A stretch of DNA of 42,202 bases from a virus (lineage: Duplodnaviria > Caudoviricetes): the IMG/VR virus record IMGVR_UViG_3300037044_000216, positions 1-42,202 of that record; one strand, given 5' to 3'. The translations under genes and the position numbers were made by a program. The notes beneath the pieces were generated by a model. That model had not been told where the DNA came from and did not search any database. It worked only from the letters and a program-made list of their open reading frames with translations. This document shows, piece after piece, positions 8,925-18,866 of the stretch; the first letter of the stretch is position 1, and every line of letters begins with the position of its first letter.

Positions 8925-9235
8925 GTGTTTGGGACCTGATTGACGAGTGCGCCGAGGCGGGAGTTGTGTTTAAACCCAAGGGGGATAAATTGAATCCGGA
9001 GCTAACGCGGGGCAGCCCCGGCAAAGATCTGTTGGAAAAAGTGAAGTTCAGGAGGCTTGAGATCCGGGATGCCCTCCGGCAGCTGACAGACTTTCCAGAC
9101 GATCTGGACCAGCCACCCCTCCAGGCGAAAACAGAACGAAAACCGGATGCCACCGAGATATGGAAGACGCAGCAGGAAAAAAGGATAGCATTTGATAGCA
9201 CCAAGCGCACACGCGCAGAAAGCAGGTCAGCATGA
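8921..9235 (+). CDS. Hypothetical protein (TubC-N-like N-terminus possible)
   Basis: GGAGG RBS, ATGA overlap with primase stop; DLIDEC...GV.F...GDKL...LL......EI...L pattern. Confidence 0.65.
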   Translation: MSVWDLIDECAEAGVVFKPKGDKLNPELTRGSPGKDLLEKVKFRRLEIRDALRQLTDFPDDLDQPPLQAKTERKPDATEIWKTQQEKRIAFDSTKRTRAESRSA

Positions 9236-9399
9236 CAGTTGGAGACGTTAAGGAGCTGTTTAAATCACAGCTTTTAGAGGACCACAACGAATTGCTTTTA
9301 GCAGTTCCAGAAGGTGACGACGAAAGATTCGAGACTATCGACGCGCAGATCGAGGACTACCACGCCGGGCGGAAAGTTGTTTTCCGCTTGCGGACATAA
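9232..9399 (+). CDS. Small hypothetical protein (55 aa)
   Basis: Below ORF-track cutoff; ATGA overlap; MTVGDVKELFKSQLLEDHNELLLAV...VVFRLRT; fills the gap before terS. Confidence 0.6.
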   Translation: MTVGDVKELFKSQLLEDHNELLLAVPEGDDERFETIDAQIEDYHAGRKVVFRLRT

Positions 9400-9411
9400 C
9401 GGAGGCAACGC

Positions 9412-9918
9412 ATGGACAGCATACTTAAGCCAAACACAGAGGCAGTGGCCGGAGACCAGCCGCTCAAACACACATGGGAAACATTTTGCGGGGCAGCGAC
9501 CGGATACTCCGGCGGCGATCCGGTGACAGCAACGGATGCCTATCTCGCCGCTTTTCCAGACACCACGCGAGACGCGGCGCGCGCAAACGCTGCACGGCTC
9601 GCCGCTAAGCCGGAGATTGCGGCGCGATGCACCTGGATGCGGAGCCAACTCTCTCAAAGCATCCTCATGGATTCAGCAGCCGTCCGGGCGAAGATCACGA
9701 GCTTGCGCTTGGAGATCATCGACAAGACTCGACACACCTGTCACAAGGAGCTTGCCCTCCAGGCGGCCCGGGATCTCGAAAAGGGGCTCGGGCTCGGGGC
9801 CGAGCAAGCCCCCGTCGAGATCACGGTCAATAAACAGGGCGACGCCCGGGAGACGATTGGATCCAATGTGGCGGCAGCCCTGGCATTGGTCAATGTGACG
9901 ATTGGAAGAAAGGACTAA
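9412..9918 (+). CDS. terS: Terminase small subunit (probable)
   Basis: ATDAYLAAF.....AARANAARL...PEI..R HTH typical of TerS; upstream of TerL; GGAGG RBS. Confidence 0.7.
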   Translation: MDSILKPNTEAVAGDQPLKHTWETFCGAATGYSGGDPVTATDAYLAAFPDTTRDAARANAARLAAKPEIAARCTWMRSQLSQSILMDSAAVRAKITSLRLEIIDKTRHTCHKELALQAARDLEKGLGLGAEQAPVEITVNKQGDARETIGSNVAAALALVNVTIGRKD

Positions 9919-9924
9919 GGCGAA

Positions 9925-10113
9925 ATGAACAGCATTGATTTTAAATATGCGATCGGACGCAAGGTTATTATCAAAGACATTCAGGCCAAAGGCACAGTAA
10001 ACGCGCTCTTATGCTCAGGCCAGAAACAAAACCTCCAGTATGAGGTGATTTACTGGATCCACGGCGACCGCTTTCAGCAATGGGTTAATGATTTTGAAAT
10101 TGAACCCGCTTGA
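9925..10113 (+). CDS. Small hypothetical protein
   Basis: 62 aa between terS and terL; FKYAIG.KV...G.V pattern suggests a small beta-barrel. Confidence 0.65.
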   Translation: MNSIDFKYAIGRKVIIKDIQAKGTVNALLCSGQKQNLQYEVIYWIHGDRFQQWVNDFEIEPA

Positions 10114-11672
10114 TTAAAAACATGAATATCAATCCGACAGACGAACCCGCCGCGCTGCCCTTGCACAAAGAGGCTATCCACGGACTTCCACTGCCCGCCG
10201 CGCTCGCGTTCTATGACCAGATAACCAAGCTTGGCGACGACGAAACCATGCGCTGGATGTGCCGCAATGACCGTTACTTCCTCCTGGTCGCGGTGATCGG
10301 ACGCGGCGACATGGTAAACGAATGGTGCTACAACCGTTGCCGAGAGGTGGAAGCATCCTCCGAGGGTTGGCTCGATCTTTGGTCACGCGGTCACTACAAA
10401 TCCACGATTATCACCTTTGCCGGGACGATCCAAGAGATCCTCAAGGACCCGAACATCACAATTTGTATCTTGTCCTACAACGGGGCCACGGCGCGCGCCT
10501 TTGTCCAGCAGGTCATGCAAGCGCTTGAGATGCCAGCCTTGATCAATCTCTTTCCGGACATCCTATGGCCGAAGCCACCGACAGAGCGCTGGAGTGTCAA
10601 ATCAGGGCTTTGGGTTAAGCGTACAACCACAGTCAAAGAGGCCACGCTTTCCGGCGGCGGGCTTGTGGACGCCCAGCCAACAGGATTCCACTTTGCTTTG
10701 CGCGTGTATGATGACGTTGTGACACCGGAGTCTGTTTCGACAGCCGAGCAGATTCAGAAGACCACAGCAGCCTGGGAGCTTTCCGACAACCTCGGGATTG
10801 GCGACGGATCCCGCGTCTGGATGGTCGGCACGCGTTATCACCCGTTCGATACCTACGACGTGATTATGAAACGCGGATCCGTCAAGGAACGCCGCAGGAT
10901 ATGCGTGGACGAGAACGGCAATCCCTTGCTCTTGTCGCGGGAAACCCTGGAGAAAAAACGTATCGACATGGGCGTCCGCACTTTTGCCGCTCAAATGCTG
11001 CAGCAACCAGTGGGCGAAGGCGTCCGGATGTTCAAGGCGGATGGAATCCAGTTCTACGACAGGCAGCCGGACCGTAGCAAGTTGAATGTGTATATCCTCA
11101 TTGACAGCGCGAACGCCAAACGGAAGAACAACGACTACACGACCATGTGGGTGATCGGCCTGGGGCAAGATGAAAACTATTACATTCTTGACGTTGTCCG
11201 GGACCGGATGAACCTGGTTGAACGGACAAACGCGCTCTTGGCCTTGCACCGGAAGTGGCGGCCCATCTTTGTCTATTGGGAGCAGGTCGGCGCAATGAGC
11301 GACACAGCGCATGTCCGGGACATTCAAGACAGGGACAATTACCGCTTTGTTATCATAGACATCCCGCAGAAGGTCGCGAAGCATGACCGCATCGCCTGGC
11401 TGATTCCGCTCTTTGGATCCGGACGGATCTGGTTTCCCCGCCGCCTGTTGTATACCGGAGTTACTAACGAGACCCGCGATTTAGTGCGCGATTTTATCGA
11501 CTTTGAATTTGATTGTTATCCGCACGTCTCACACGACGACATGCTGGATGACCTAGCAAACATCAAACATCCGGCGTGTGCAGACATGCAGTTCCCAAAG
11601 ATTGAGACCCCTGACAGAGCGTCAGGGCAAAACGCAAAAACTTGTTCCACATGGAACCCCCACGAGGATTAG
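10110..11672 (+). CDS. terL: Terminase large subunit (start may be ATG 10122)
   Basis: SRGHYKST Walker A variant, VYDD Walker B, GTRYH, nuclease ILIDSA...DYT and HDDMLD. Confidence 0.92.
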   Translation: MIKNMNINPTDEPAALPLHKEAIHGLPLPAALAFYDQITKLGDDETMRWMCRNDRYFLLVAVIGRGDMVNEWCYNRCREVEASSEGWLDLWSRGHYKSTIITFAGTIQEILKDPNITICILSYNGATARAFVQQVMQALEMPALINLFPDILWPKPPTERWSVKSGLWVKRTTTVKEATLSGGGLVDAQPTGFHFALRVYDDVVTPESVSTAEQIQKTTAAWELSDNLGIGDGSRVWMVGTRYHPFDTYDVIMKRGSVKERRRICVDENGNPLLLSRETLEKKRIDMGVRTFAAQMLQQPVGEGVRMFKADGIQFYDRQPDRSKLNVYILIDSANAKRKNNDYTTMWVIGLGQDENYYILDVVRDRMNLVERTNALLALHRKWRPIFVYWEQVGAMSDTAHVRDIQDRDNYRFVIIDIPQKVAKHDRIAWLIPLFGSGRIWFPRRLLYTGVTNETRDLVRDFIDFEFDCYPHVSHDDMLDDLANIKHPACADMQFPKIETPDRASGQNAKTCSTWNPHED

Positions 11673-11674
11673 AA

Positions 11675-11833
11675 ATGAAGAATACAAAGACAGAATACGA
11701 ACGCGCCAACGACGATCTAATCGCCGCCATAAAGCGCATGGAAAAAGAAACCGATCCGGCCACTGTCCACGCGGTCGACATCGATGTCTCGACGAAGTTG
11801 GCCAAGCTACGCTCACTTTTAAAAACACCATAA
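11675..11833 (+). CDS. Small hypothetical protein
   Basis: GAGGA RBS, ATG 11675, 52 aa, helical-looking. Confidence 0.55.
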   Translation: MKNTKTEYERANDDLIAAIKRMEKETDPATVHAVDIDVSTKLAKLRSLLKTP

Positions 11834-11843
11834 GGATGCAGAC

Positions 11844-12029
11844 ATGAAATGCAGTATTTGCGGAAAGAAGTTTATCAAGATCCGGACACGGCCTCAACAT
11901 GACGGCAGCCGCCTTTGCCAGTGGAAATGCAAAGGATGTACCATCCCGTGCAAGATGGTGACGCGGGAGCAGATCCTCTGTATCCAGCGCCCGCGCGTCA
12001 ATCCTTTAACCCCGGTCCCAATACGGTAG
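11844..12029 (+). CDS. Small zinc-ribbon protein
   Basis: CSIC...CKGC pairs; AAGGA RBS. Confidence 0.6.
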   Translation: MKCSICGKKFIKIRTRPQHDGSRLCQWKCKGCTIPCKMVTREQILCIQRPRVNPLTPVPIR

Positions 12030-12058
12030 ACTGTCTACCACTTTTTACAAAACTTGAA

Positions 12059-12091
12059 AAAGGGCTGTTGTTTTCTCGACAGCCCTTTGTT
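12059..12091 (+). terminator. Probable intrinsic terminator
   Basis: AAAGGGCTGTTG ... CGACAGCCCTTT stem followed by GTT, between packaging and head modules. Confidence 0.5.
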
Positions 12092-12140
12092 AAAAGGCCC
12101 CCAGTCAAACGGATACCACCAACGACAGGAGGCCTTTTTT

Positions 12141-12323
12141 ATGTGCTCAGCAAATACGAAGATCCCGAAAGCCCAGGCACCAGCCGAGCCAATGAAGAAC
12201 GCGGCGCAGAAGTCTACGGAAGCCAGCGACGAGACGGCGCGCGATCAGCAGATGCGCCGAGGGCTCGCGTCCACCTACACACGGAGCGGCACAACCACAA
12301 CAGGCGACACTATAGGCGGATAA
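12141..12323 (+). CDS. Small pre-portal virion protein
   Basis: AGGAGG RBS; MC start, Pro/Ala-rich N-terminus, RRG..ST and Thr/Gly tail, immediately before the portal as in BPP-1-like podoviruses. Confidence 0.7.
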   Translation: MCSANTKIPKAQAPAEPMKNAAQKSTEASDETARDQQMRRGLASTYTRSGTTTTGDTIGG

Positions 12324-12329
12324 TCCACT

Positions 12330-14099
12330 ATGAAGCTTTTTGAAAAAACAGACCTGCAGGATCTCCGGAAGTGGCTCGACCGCAGAGTCTCCTCTTTGAA
12401 GCACGAGCGCCAGCCTCACGAAGCTTTCTGGCGCAAGCTGGCAGAGAACTTTGAGCCGGATCTCGGGAGGGCCCTGTTTAGTGACGACTCCGACACCGAG
12501 GCAAGAGCAGCAGCAGCCCGGGACGCCAAGCTGTTGACATCCACACCAAGGACCGAACTCCGGCGGATGGCAGCAGCCATGAAGAGCGGGACAGCCAACG
12601 AAAGCCGCCAATGGTTTCGCTTGCGCCTCCGGTCCCGCGAAGACGCCGCCAACGAAAACCAGGCATGGGGACGCTGGCTGGACGAAACGCTTTATCGTGC
12701 GGCGGCATTACTTGACCAGTCCAACGCCTACGGGGCCATTGGCAGGATGTTCCACCAGGTCGGCCTCTTTGGCACAGCTGCGGGCGTTGTGTTTGGAACC
12801 CACCCGACCGACATCCTGGATATCCGTGTCGCGGACACGGGATCATATTGGATCGCCTCCTCGCGCAGCGGCCTGGTTGATGTCCTATTGCGCCAGATCT
12901 CGATGACCGCCCGGGAGATCCTTGAGGAGTTTGGCGAAAAGCGCGCACCGGACAGCGCGATAAAAGCCTGTGAGAACGGCAGCGACGAGACCCGCTACTC
13001 TCTTTTTAACCTGATCTGTCCGAACGATCCAGACCGCTTCCCGGATATCGATGCCTCGATGCCCGTCGCCTCGATCTGGTGGATGACCGACTCTGGTTTT
13101 TGCGGAGGGGAGGACACGGCTGGGATCATTGATATGCGTGTCTTCAGTTACAATCCGATCCTGTGCCCGCGTTGGGACATCGTCGATGGCGTATACGGGA
13201 CGGGCCCGGGGCGCATCGCATTGCCGGATGTACTCAGCCTTTACCGACTTGAAAAGGATGCCTTGCGCGCGATTGCTCAGCGCGTGGATCCGCCGCTCGC
13301 CGCCCACGAATCCATGCGAGGCCACCCGATCAATACCTATCCCGGCAGCGTGACGTATTACTCGGACACGCAGTCACGCGACCGCTCACTCCACAACCTG
13401 ATTGACAACCCTCCGGACGTCCAAGCCGTTGAGATTAAGATCCAGCAGATCGAGCAACGCCTCCGGCGCGCGTTCTACGCGGATCTGTTTAACGCTGTTC
13501 TAAATACCGCCAATAATACCGGCGTCCAGATGACGGCCCGTCAGGTTGACGAAATGAGTGGGGAAAAGATTTCCCTCCTGGGACCCGTCCTGACCAACCT
13601 CAATCACGGCCTGTTTGATCCGCTCATTAACGCCTTGATGGGTGTCATGGGCGACAACCAACTGCTACCGAAGGCCCCGGAGAGCATGGGCGGCATCGAG
13701 TTCCACGCGGAATATGTTTCAACGCTGCACTTGCGCCAACAGGAAGAGGCCCGCATGGGCGGCATCATGCGCTTTATGAACCTGGCCACCGCCGTTATGA
13801 AGATCTCGCCGTCGTCATCCTTGAAGATTGACTTTGATCAGGTCCTTGACGAATCCGCTCACGCTTACGCGGTGCCCTCCTCCGTGATCCGGTCCGATCG
13901 CGACGTCGAAAAGATGCGCGATGTCATTACCGCGCAGAAGAACGCCGAGCAGCAGGCCCTCGCAAATGCAGAGATCGGCAAGCAGATACCAGGCTATGCC
14001 CAGGCAGCAAAGACGCTGAGCGAGACACCGACGCCCGGCGGCAACGCGCTTGAGACAATCATTGGAGCCACCCAGCAAACAGGAGGCGGACTGCTATGA
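12330..14099 (+). CDS. Portal / head-tail connector
   Basis: 589 aa; FGTA, RW......YG.GPG..ALPD, DPP, MTA.QV.......LLGPV motifs of the T7 gp8/Bbp21-like family. Confidence 0.92.
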   Translation: MKLFEKTDLQDLRKWLDRRVSSLKHERQPHEAFWRKLAENFEPDLGRALFSDDSDTEARAAAARDAKLLTSTPRTELRRMAAAMKSGTANESRQWFRLRLRSREDAANENQAWGRWLDETLYRAAALLDQSNAYGAIGRMFHQVGLFGTAAGVVFGTHPTDILDIRVADTGSYWIASSRSGLVDVLLRQISMTAREILEEFGEKRAPDSAIKACENGSDETRYSLFNLICPNDPDRFPDIDASMPVASIWWMTDSGFCGGEDTAGIIDMRVFSYNPILCPRWDIVDGVYGTGPGRIALPDVLSLYRLEKDALRAIAQRVDPPLAAHESMRGHPINTYPGSVTYYSDTQSRDRSLHNLIDNPPDVQAVEIKIQQIEQRLRRAFYADLFNAVLNTANNTGVQMTARQVDEMSGEKISLLGPVLTNLNHGLFDPLINALMGVMGDNQLLPKAPESMGGIEFHAEYVSTLHLRQQEEARMGGIMRFMNLATAVMKISPSSSLKIDFDQVLDESAHAYAVPSSVIRSDRDVEKMRDVITAQKNAEQQALANAEIGKQIPGYAQAAKTLSETPTPGGNALETIIGATQQTGGGLL

Positions 14100-14443
14100 G
14101 CAAAGAGATAGTTGACGCGGTCCTGGAGCGCCAGGCAAAAGAGCGCAACGCGCAGATGAAAGCGGATGTCGCTTCCGTCCTGGCCACGCACGCAGGCCGC
14201 AGGCTCCTCATGAACCTTATTGCAAAGGGCGGCGTATGGAGTAAGACCGGGAGCTTTGACGGCGACGGAAACAGGCTCCTTTATGCAGCCGGGCGGCGCG
14301 ACGGCGCGGCCGAGGTCCTGGCACTCTGCAACAAGGTCGCTTGCAAGCTTGTCGAACTCGCGATGAGCGAAAATAACGAACGTCTCCAACAGTGGAACGA
14401 ACAAATACAAAACGCGGAAGCAAAAGGAAACATCGAAGAATGA
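14096..14443 (+). CDS. Bbp19-like protein
   Basis: T.AGRRLL..L.........SF.......Y..GRR motif; lies between portal and scaffold. Confidence 0.75.
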   Translation: MSKEIVDAVLERQAKERNAQMKADVASVLATHAGRRLLMNLIAKGGVWSKTGSFDGDGNRLLYAAGRRDGAAEVLALCNKVACKLVELAMSENNERLQQWNEQIQNAEAKGNIEE

Positions 14444-15246
14444 AAAAATTACTCTGTGATTACATGTTTTTAGACGAGGCAGACGATGGCAGCGGCGGAG
14501 GCGGAGGCGCCGCTGGGGACCCAAAGGCTGGGGATCAAAAGGCTGGCGATCCGAAGTCCGACGATCCGAAGGCTGGGGATCCGAAGGCTGGCGACCAAAA
14601 GGCCGACGATCCAAAGGCTGGGGATCAGAAGGCTGGCGATCCGAAGGCCGACGACCCGAAGGCTGGGGATCAGAAGGCTGGCGCGTCGCTTCTCGATGAA
14701 CCCGAAGAGGAAGAGGTTAAGCCCGAAGAACAAAAGGCCGAGGCGACCCCCGAAGAGGTTGAAGCTTTTGTCGCCAAGATCGGCAAGGTTGATATTGAGA
14801 TAGACGGCGTCGCCCTGCCCTGGGACGAAGAGGCCGTCAAGGCAATCGCCCCGGTCCTGGTCAAGAACAAGATCAGCGACACGGCGGCCAATGAGCTTGT
14901 CGGAGCTTATGCGAAGTATGTCGCCGGGCAGGCTCAGGCAGCAGTGGAAGCGGACAAGCTCTTTGTCAAGGGCCTGGTTGAGGAGTGCAACAAGCGTTTT
15001 GGAACTGACGTCAAGCGGTTTGCCAACGAAGGCCGTCGCGGCGGCATTAAAGTGTTTGGCGCCGAACTCTTTGGCCGCCTCTCGAAGATCCCAGCCTTTG
15101 GCAGCGATCCGGACATCATCGAGGCGCTTGCCAAGATCGGGCGCACATCCACGCCGGAGACCGCAGGCGGCAGCAGCAGCCCGGTACCAAAAGAGAAAGA
15201 CTTTGCCGATCGCTTCTACTCTGACAAAGAAATCGGCAAGAAATAA
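14440..15246 (+). CDS. Capsid scaffolding protein
   Basis: ATG 14440 overlapping previous stop; acidic low-complexity N-terminus; G.DP.II.AL.KIG and C-terminal ADRFY; precedes capsid. Confidence 0.78.
   Translation: MKKLLCDYMFLDEADDGSGGGGGAAGDPKAGDQKAGDPKSDDPKAGDPKAGDQKADDPKAGDQKAGDPKADDPKAGDQKAGASLLDEPEEEEVKPEEQKAEATPEEVEAFVAKIGKVDIEIDGVALPWDEEAVKAIAPVLVKNKISDTAANELVGAYAKYVAGQAQAAVEADKLFVKGLVEECNKRFGTDVKRFANEGRRGGIKVFGAELFGRLSKIPAFGSDPDIIEALAKIGRTSTPETAGGSSSPVPKEKDFADRFYSDKEIGKK
14512..14682 (+). repeat. 11 x 15-bp in-frame tandem repeat ([AS][GD]D[PQ]K)
   Basis: GCTGGGGATCCGAAG-like units encoding AGDPK/AGDQK/ADDPK. Confidence 0.95.
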
Positions 15247-15289
15247 ACTATTTCCCGCGTAGTCTCGCGGGGTAAACAAGGAGAACAAC

Positions 15290-16306
15290 ATGGCTACAAA
15301 AGGGACACGGAACCCGACCCTGCGGGACTTGAAAAATGGTCTCAAGGACGACGGGTCTTTTGACAGCGATATCGTCGAGTTGGTCTTGGAAGCAAATTCC
15401 GAGCTGCTCGCTGATGCAGTGGTCAAAGAGGCGAACGGGGTGGAGAACGACAAGACCACCATCCGGACGGGAATGCCTGATGCGACATGGACCGCCTATT
15501 ATGAGGGTGTCCAGCCGAGCAAGGGCAGCAAGAAGCAGGTATCAAACGCCATCGGCACGCTTGAGAGCATGATCCAAGTGGACAAGAACATCATCGAAGA
15601 GTCTCCTAACGGCAAAGAGGAGATGTTGGATGAGGCCTTCGCGCACGCCGAGACCATGGGAAATGAAGTCGCTGACTGCATTTTCTACGGCAACGTCAAG
15701 GTGAACGCAAAGAAGTTCAACGGACTGGCTCCGATCTACAGCAAGTACGGCGGCACGGATAAGATGACGGCAGAATATTACTGCATGCAGGCGACGCGGT
15801 CGGCTTCGCCGGACTCGACGGCCCTCCGTTCGATCTTCCTGATCGGCTGGGGACGCCGGAGCGCGTATCTGCACTTCCCGCGCGGATCTAAGGGCGGCCT
15901 GCAGCGCGACGCGGTGACGGACGAAACCATCACGCTGTCAAACGGAAATCGCCTGAAGGTAAAGGAGCAATTCTTCCGCTGGCGCGTGGGCCTGACAGTC
16001 AAGGACTTCCGCACCTGTGGACGCATCTGCAACATCGAGAGCAACAAGCTTTCTACACTGGATCTCGACCTGGGCGAAATCATGCTCAAGATGAAGTCCC
16101 GCTGTAAGCTGTCCGGGACAAGGGCGGTATGGTATATGCCTGATTCCGTCTATGAATGGCTTGTCGTGAAGACCCGCCGCCAGGTAGTGGCGACAAACTT
16201 CTCGTTCAAGGATATCGCCGGGGAGAACGTGCTGCACTTCGACAGCATCCCGATCCGCAAACTGGACTGCCTGGAGGCCAACGAAAGCGCAGTGACGAGC
16301 GTCTAA
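15290..16306 (+). CDS. Major capsid protein (Bbp17/epsilon15-like, HK97 fold)
   Basis: 338 aa; RTG.P..TW.....GV.PSK, IFYG......F.GL, W..GL.V.D.R...RICNI, F..IPIR..D; AAGGAG RBS. Confidence 0.92.
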   Translation: MATKGTRNPTLRDLKNGLKDDGSFDSDIVELVLEANSELLADAVVKEANGVENDKTTIRTGMPDATWTAYYEGVQPSKGSKKQVSNAIGTLESMIQVDKNIIEESPNGKEEMLDEAFAHAETMGNEVADCIFYGNVKVNAKKFNGLAPIYSKYGGTDKMTAEYYCMQATRSASPDSTALRSIFLIGWGRRSAYLHFPRGSKGGLQRDAVTDETITLSNGNRLKVKEQFFRWRVGLTVKDFRTCGRICNIESNKLSTLDLDLGEIMLKMKSRCKLSGTRAVWYMPDSVYEWLVVKTRRQVVATNFSFKDIAGENVLHFDSIPIRKLDCLEANESAVTSV

Positions 16307-16336
16307 CCGTAGACGTTCTAACGCAGAAATGAACCA

Positions 16337-16364
16337 GCCCTACACCCTTTGCCGGGTGTAGGGC
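16337..16364 (+). terminator. Hairpin after capsid gene (partial terminator or mRNA stabiliser)
   Basis: GCCCTACACCC / GGGTGTAGGGC perfect 11-bp stem; no U-tract. Confidence 0.5.
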
Positions 16365-16385
16365 GTTAGAGAAAAGGGAAACAAA

Positions 16386-16775
16386 ATGCAATTAGAGATA
16401 CTGAGCATGTTCAGCGAGGCGCAGGCGGTCGCGACCGGGGCCTCGGATTTTCACCTGGACCACAAAGGCGCAGGCGACGACATTTCGCGCAAGCTGAATG
16501 TCTTCGCGAAGGTCGAGGGCGGAACCATGGCAGGCGGAACGAGCATTGTGACAAAGTTCCAGACATCGGACGACGACACGAACTTCGTCGACCTTGTCAC
16601 CTACCCGAGCCGCACGCTGGCACAGATCAACGCTGACAGCTTCATCGTTGAACCGCAGCCGCTGCCCGCCGGGCTCAAGCGTTACTCGCGCTTGTATTAC
16701 ACGGCTACCGGAACCTTCACGGGTGACGGCAAGATCCTTGCAGGCCTGACGACATCGCTCGACAAGCTGACATAA
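16386..16775 (+). CDS. Capsid cement/decoration protein (Bbp16-like)
   Basis: FSEAQA, QTSDD..F, RY.RL.YT..G....GKI.AGL; directly after capsid. Confidence 0.82.
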   Translation: MQLEILSMFSEAQAVATGASDFHLDHKGAGDDISRKLNVFAKVEGGTMAGGTSIVTKFQTSDDDTNFVDLVTYPSRTLAQINADSFIVEPQPLPAGLKRYSRLYYTATGTFTGDGKILAGLTTSLDKLT

Positions 16776-16783
16776 GGAGAACC

Positions 16784-17185
16784 ATGCCTACATACACGCT
16801 AAAACCCGGACACCAGAGGACATTCATCCTCGGGATAGCCCGCAAGCAAGGCGAGGATGTGGTCATCGCAAGCCTCAAAGGTCTCCCGGCTCACGACCGG
16901 GGGGCCCTTGAGGCCCATTTTGATCTTGTCCAGAAACCAGAAGAGAAGCAGCCAGCCAAGCAGCCAGATAAACTCGGGAACGGTTTGACGGTTGAACAGG
17001 CGCGCCAAAAGCTGGAAGCGTCGGGGGCTGCACTTCCTCCGGATCTGACGGTCGCGGAGCTTGAGGACCTCTTCAACAACGTGTTTGCCACACTCAACCT
17101 TGAGGGCGGCGACAAGAAAGAAGGCCAACCAGGAGGCGAGAAGAAGGACGCCACACCGGAAGGCGGAAAGAAAGAAGGCGAATAA
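16784..17185 (+). CDS. Hypothetical protein
   Basis: AAGGAG RBS; 133 aa; low-complexity EGGKK tail. Confidence 0.7.
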   Translation: MPTYTLKPGHQRTFILGIARKQGEDVVIASLKGLPAHDRGALEAHFDLVQKPEEKQPAKQPDKLGNGLTVEQARQKLEASGAALPPDLTVAELEDLFNNVFATLNLEGGDKKEGQPGGEKKDATPEGGKKEGE

Positions 17186-18270
17186 TGGCACTTCAACTGA
17201 CATACGAGCAGCGCACAAAGAAAATGCGCGTCCGGGGATCCCTGGCCCTGTCCAGCATCGAGACAATCAATGTTGACGACAACGAGGGGAACGATCTTGA
17301 GGCGGGATATATTTGCGTACACCGCGCAGACGGCATCGAGGTCGCCTCCTGGATGGTCATGCTTGGGACAGCCAGCGCGGACACGCACACCGCCGGGCTT
17401 GCATCCCTGTTTTCGCCGCGACCCCTCCAGGCCCGTATGTCGGTTTTTCTCATACTCAAAGACGGCGGCATGAACACGCTCGCCTCGGGGTATTGCGATA
17501 TTATTAATTCGTGCAACTCAGACGGAGCCGAAGCCGCACCGTCCGGCGGGCCCCTGGTGGCACCCGCAGAGGTGGATATCACGGACGCCGGATGTCCGGT
17601 CATGCTGCGATCCGGATCCGCCACGCCTTGCACCGCAGCGGATCACGCAAGCTTTATCGGGATTGCGTTGAATACAGGAAGCCCGGCGGACGACATCCAG
17701 ATCCGGGGCAGTGGTCCGATCACTATTTCCGGCTGGGGACTTACACCGGGCCTCGCCTATTGGTTGCCACAGACTGGCCAGCGGATCACCAGCACACCTG
17801 GGGAGGTCGCCCTTTTAGTCGGTATCGCCCAGGACGCAGACACCTTGATCCTCACAGGCGGACGGCTCGGGGTGCAGCCACGCGCAGGCGGATCCAGCGC
17901 CGAGGGCTTCTATCTGGTTTGGGATGCAGAGGGGAAGAGACTGACGGAGCGTCAGGCCGTTGATACCAGCAGCGGGGAGGCATCCGCCGGGATGATACCC
18001 CGTTTATGCACAAATGGAAAGTTACATGTTTCCATGATACCAGACCAGGCGGATGACTATCTTTCCGGACACGTCAACGATGTAAACGCGCATACGGATA
18101 TCCGGCAGGCGATAACCACAGTTTCGGAGATTGCACAGTCCAAGCAGGCTCCCTTAAACCAGCAGGCCATCGCAGCCCTCGCAGCGACCAGCGCGCCCTC
18201 CGGCAATCTGAACGCGATCACAAGCTCACTGGCCGACCTCATTGACACGCTTAAGGAGATTTTTACATGA
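17185..18270 (+). CDS. Probable virion structural/fibre-related protein
   Basis: 361 aa; FIGIA.....G....I...G......W.LTPG..Y.L...VG.A motif seen in phage structural proteins; SGHVND.NAH fibre-like segment. Confidence 0.6.
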   Translation: MALQLTYEQRTKKMRVRGSLALSSIETINVDDNEGNDLEAGYICVHRADGIEVASWMVMLGTASADTHTAGLASLFSPRPLQARMSVFLILKDGGMNTLASGYCDIINSCNSDGAEAAPSGGPLVAPAEVDITDAGCPVMLRSGSATPCTAADHASFIGIALNTGSPADDIQIRGSGPITISGWGLTPGLAYWLPQTGQRITSTPGEVALLVGIAQDADTLILTGGRLGVQPRAGGSSAEGFYLVWDAEGKRLTERQAVDTSSGEASAGMIPRLCTNGKLHVSMIPDQADDYLSGHVNDVNAHTDIRQAITTVSEIAQSKQAPLNQQAIAALAATSAPSGNLNAITSSLADLIDTLKEIFT

Positions 18271-18857
18271 AAAAGATTGCACTAGCACTTTGTTTTTTCG
18301 GCTGCCTGGCCGCAGCCGAAGACCTCGACATTGATTCAGCCCGGGTTTTCAAGAAGCTTGGCGAGATCGACAAAGAGGAATATCTCTTAATTGATTTTAC
18401 CGGATCCAGCGTCCGGACTATGATCACGAACGCCATTGAAATCGCACGCGCATCGGCCACGAACAACGCTGCATCACGCGCCCAGGCCGTTAGCAATGCA
18501 CTCACCCAGGCTCTCTCACAATCGAACCAGGAACGCGTGGAGGCTGACCAGGCTGGAACAAACTTTGTCGTTGCCACGTCCAACGCTTTGCATGGTGTCG
18601 TTTTAGCGACGAGCAACAGCCTTGCAGCGGCCAACACAGCCACATCAAACGAACTCTTTATCTTCAAAGGTATTGCCATAACCAACTTTCAGCCGGAGGT
18701 TTCATTCTCTAATCTCACGCTTGTCGGGGATGTTGTGTTTCCTAACGGGGTGCGGATGTCCGGGCGAGAGCAGTTGAACGGATCCAACACGGTCCACTTT
18801 ATGAACCCCGGCGGCACGGCTAAATTTTATATCACATTGCCACCCGAGCCCAACTGA
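18267..18857 (+). CDS. Signal-peptide-bearing protein with A-T/S-N repeats
   Basis: MKKIALALCFFGCLAAA N-terminus; repeated ATN/VSN/ATSN; AAGGAG RBS. Confidence 0.7.
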   Translation: MKKIALALCFFGCLAAAEDLDIDSARVFKKLGEIDKEEYLLIDFTGSSVRTMITNAIEIARASATNNAASRAQAVSNALTQALSQSNQERVEADQAGTNFVVATSNALHGVVLATSNSLAAANTATSNELFIFKGIAITNFQPEVSFSNLTLVGDVVFPNGVRMSGREQLNGSNTVHFMNPGGTAKFYITLPPEPN

Positions 18858-18866
18858 GGATCAGCC

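Noticed and set aside
10380-10410. Non-canonical terminase Walker A (RGHYKS)
   Set aside because: Deviant P-loops are common in large terminases; not evidence of inactivation or novelty.
14512-14682. Possible CRISPR array
   Set aside because: 15-bp coding tandem units with no spacers.
14470-15462. 330-aa minus-strand ORF with repeats
   Set aside because: Antisense shadow of the scaffold repeat and capsid start; no convincing RBS or protein-like composition.
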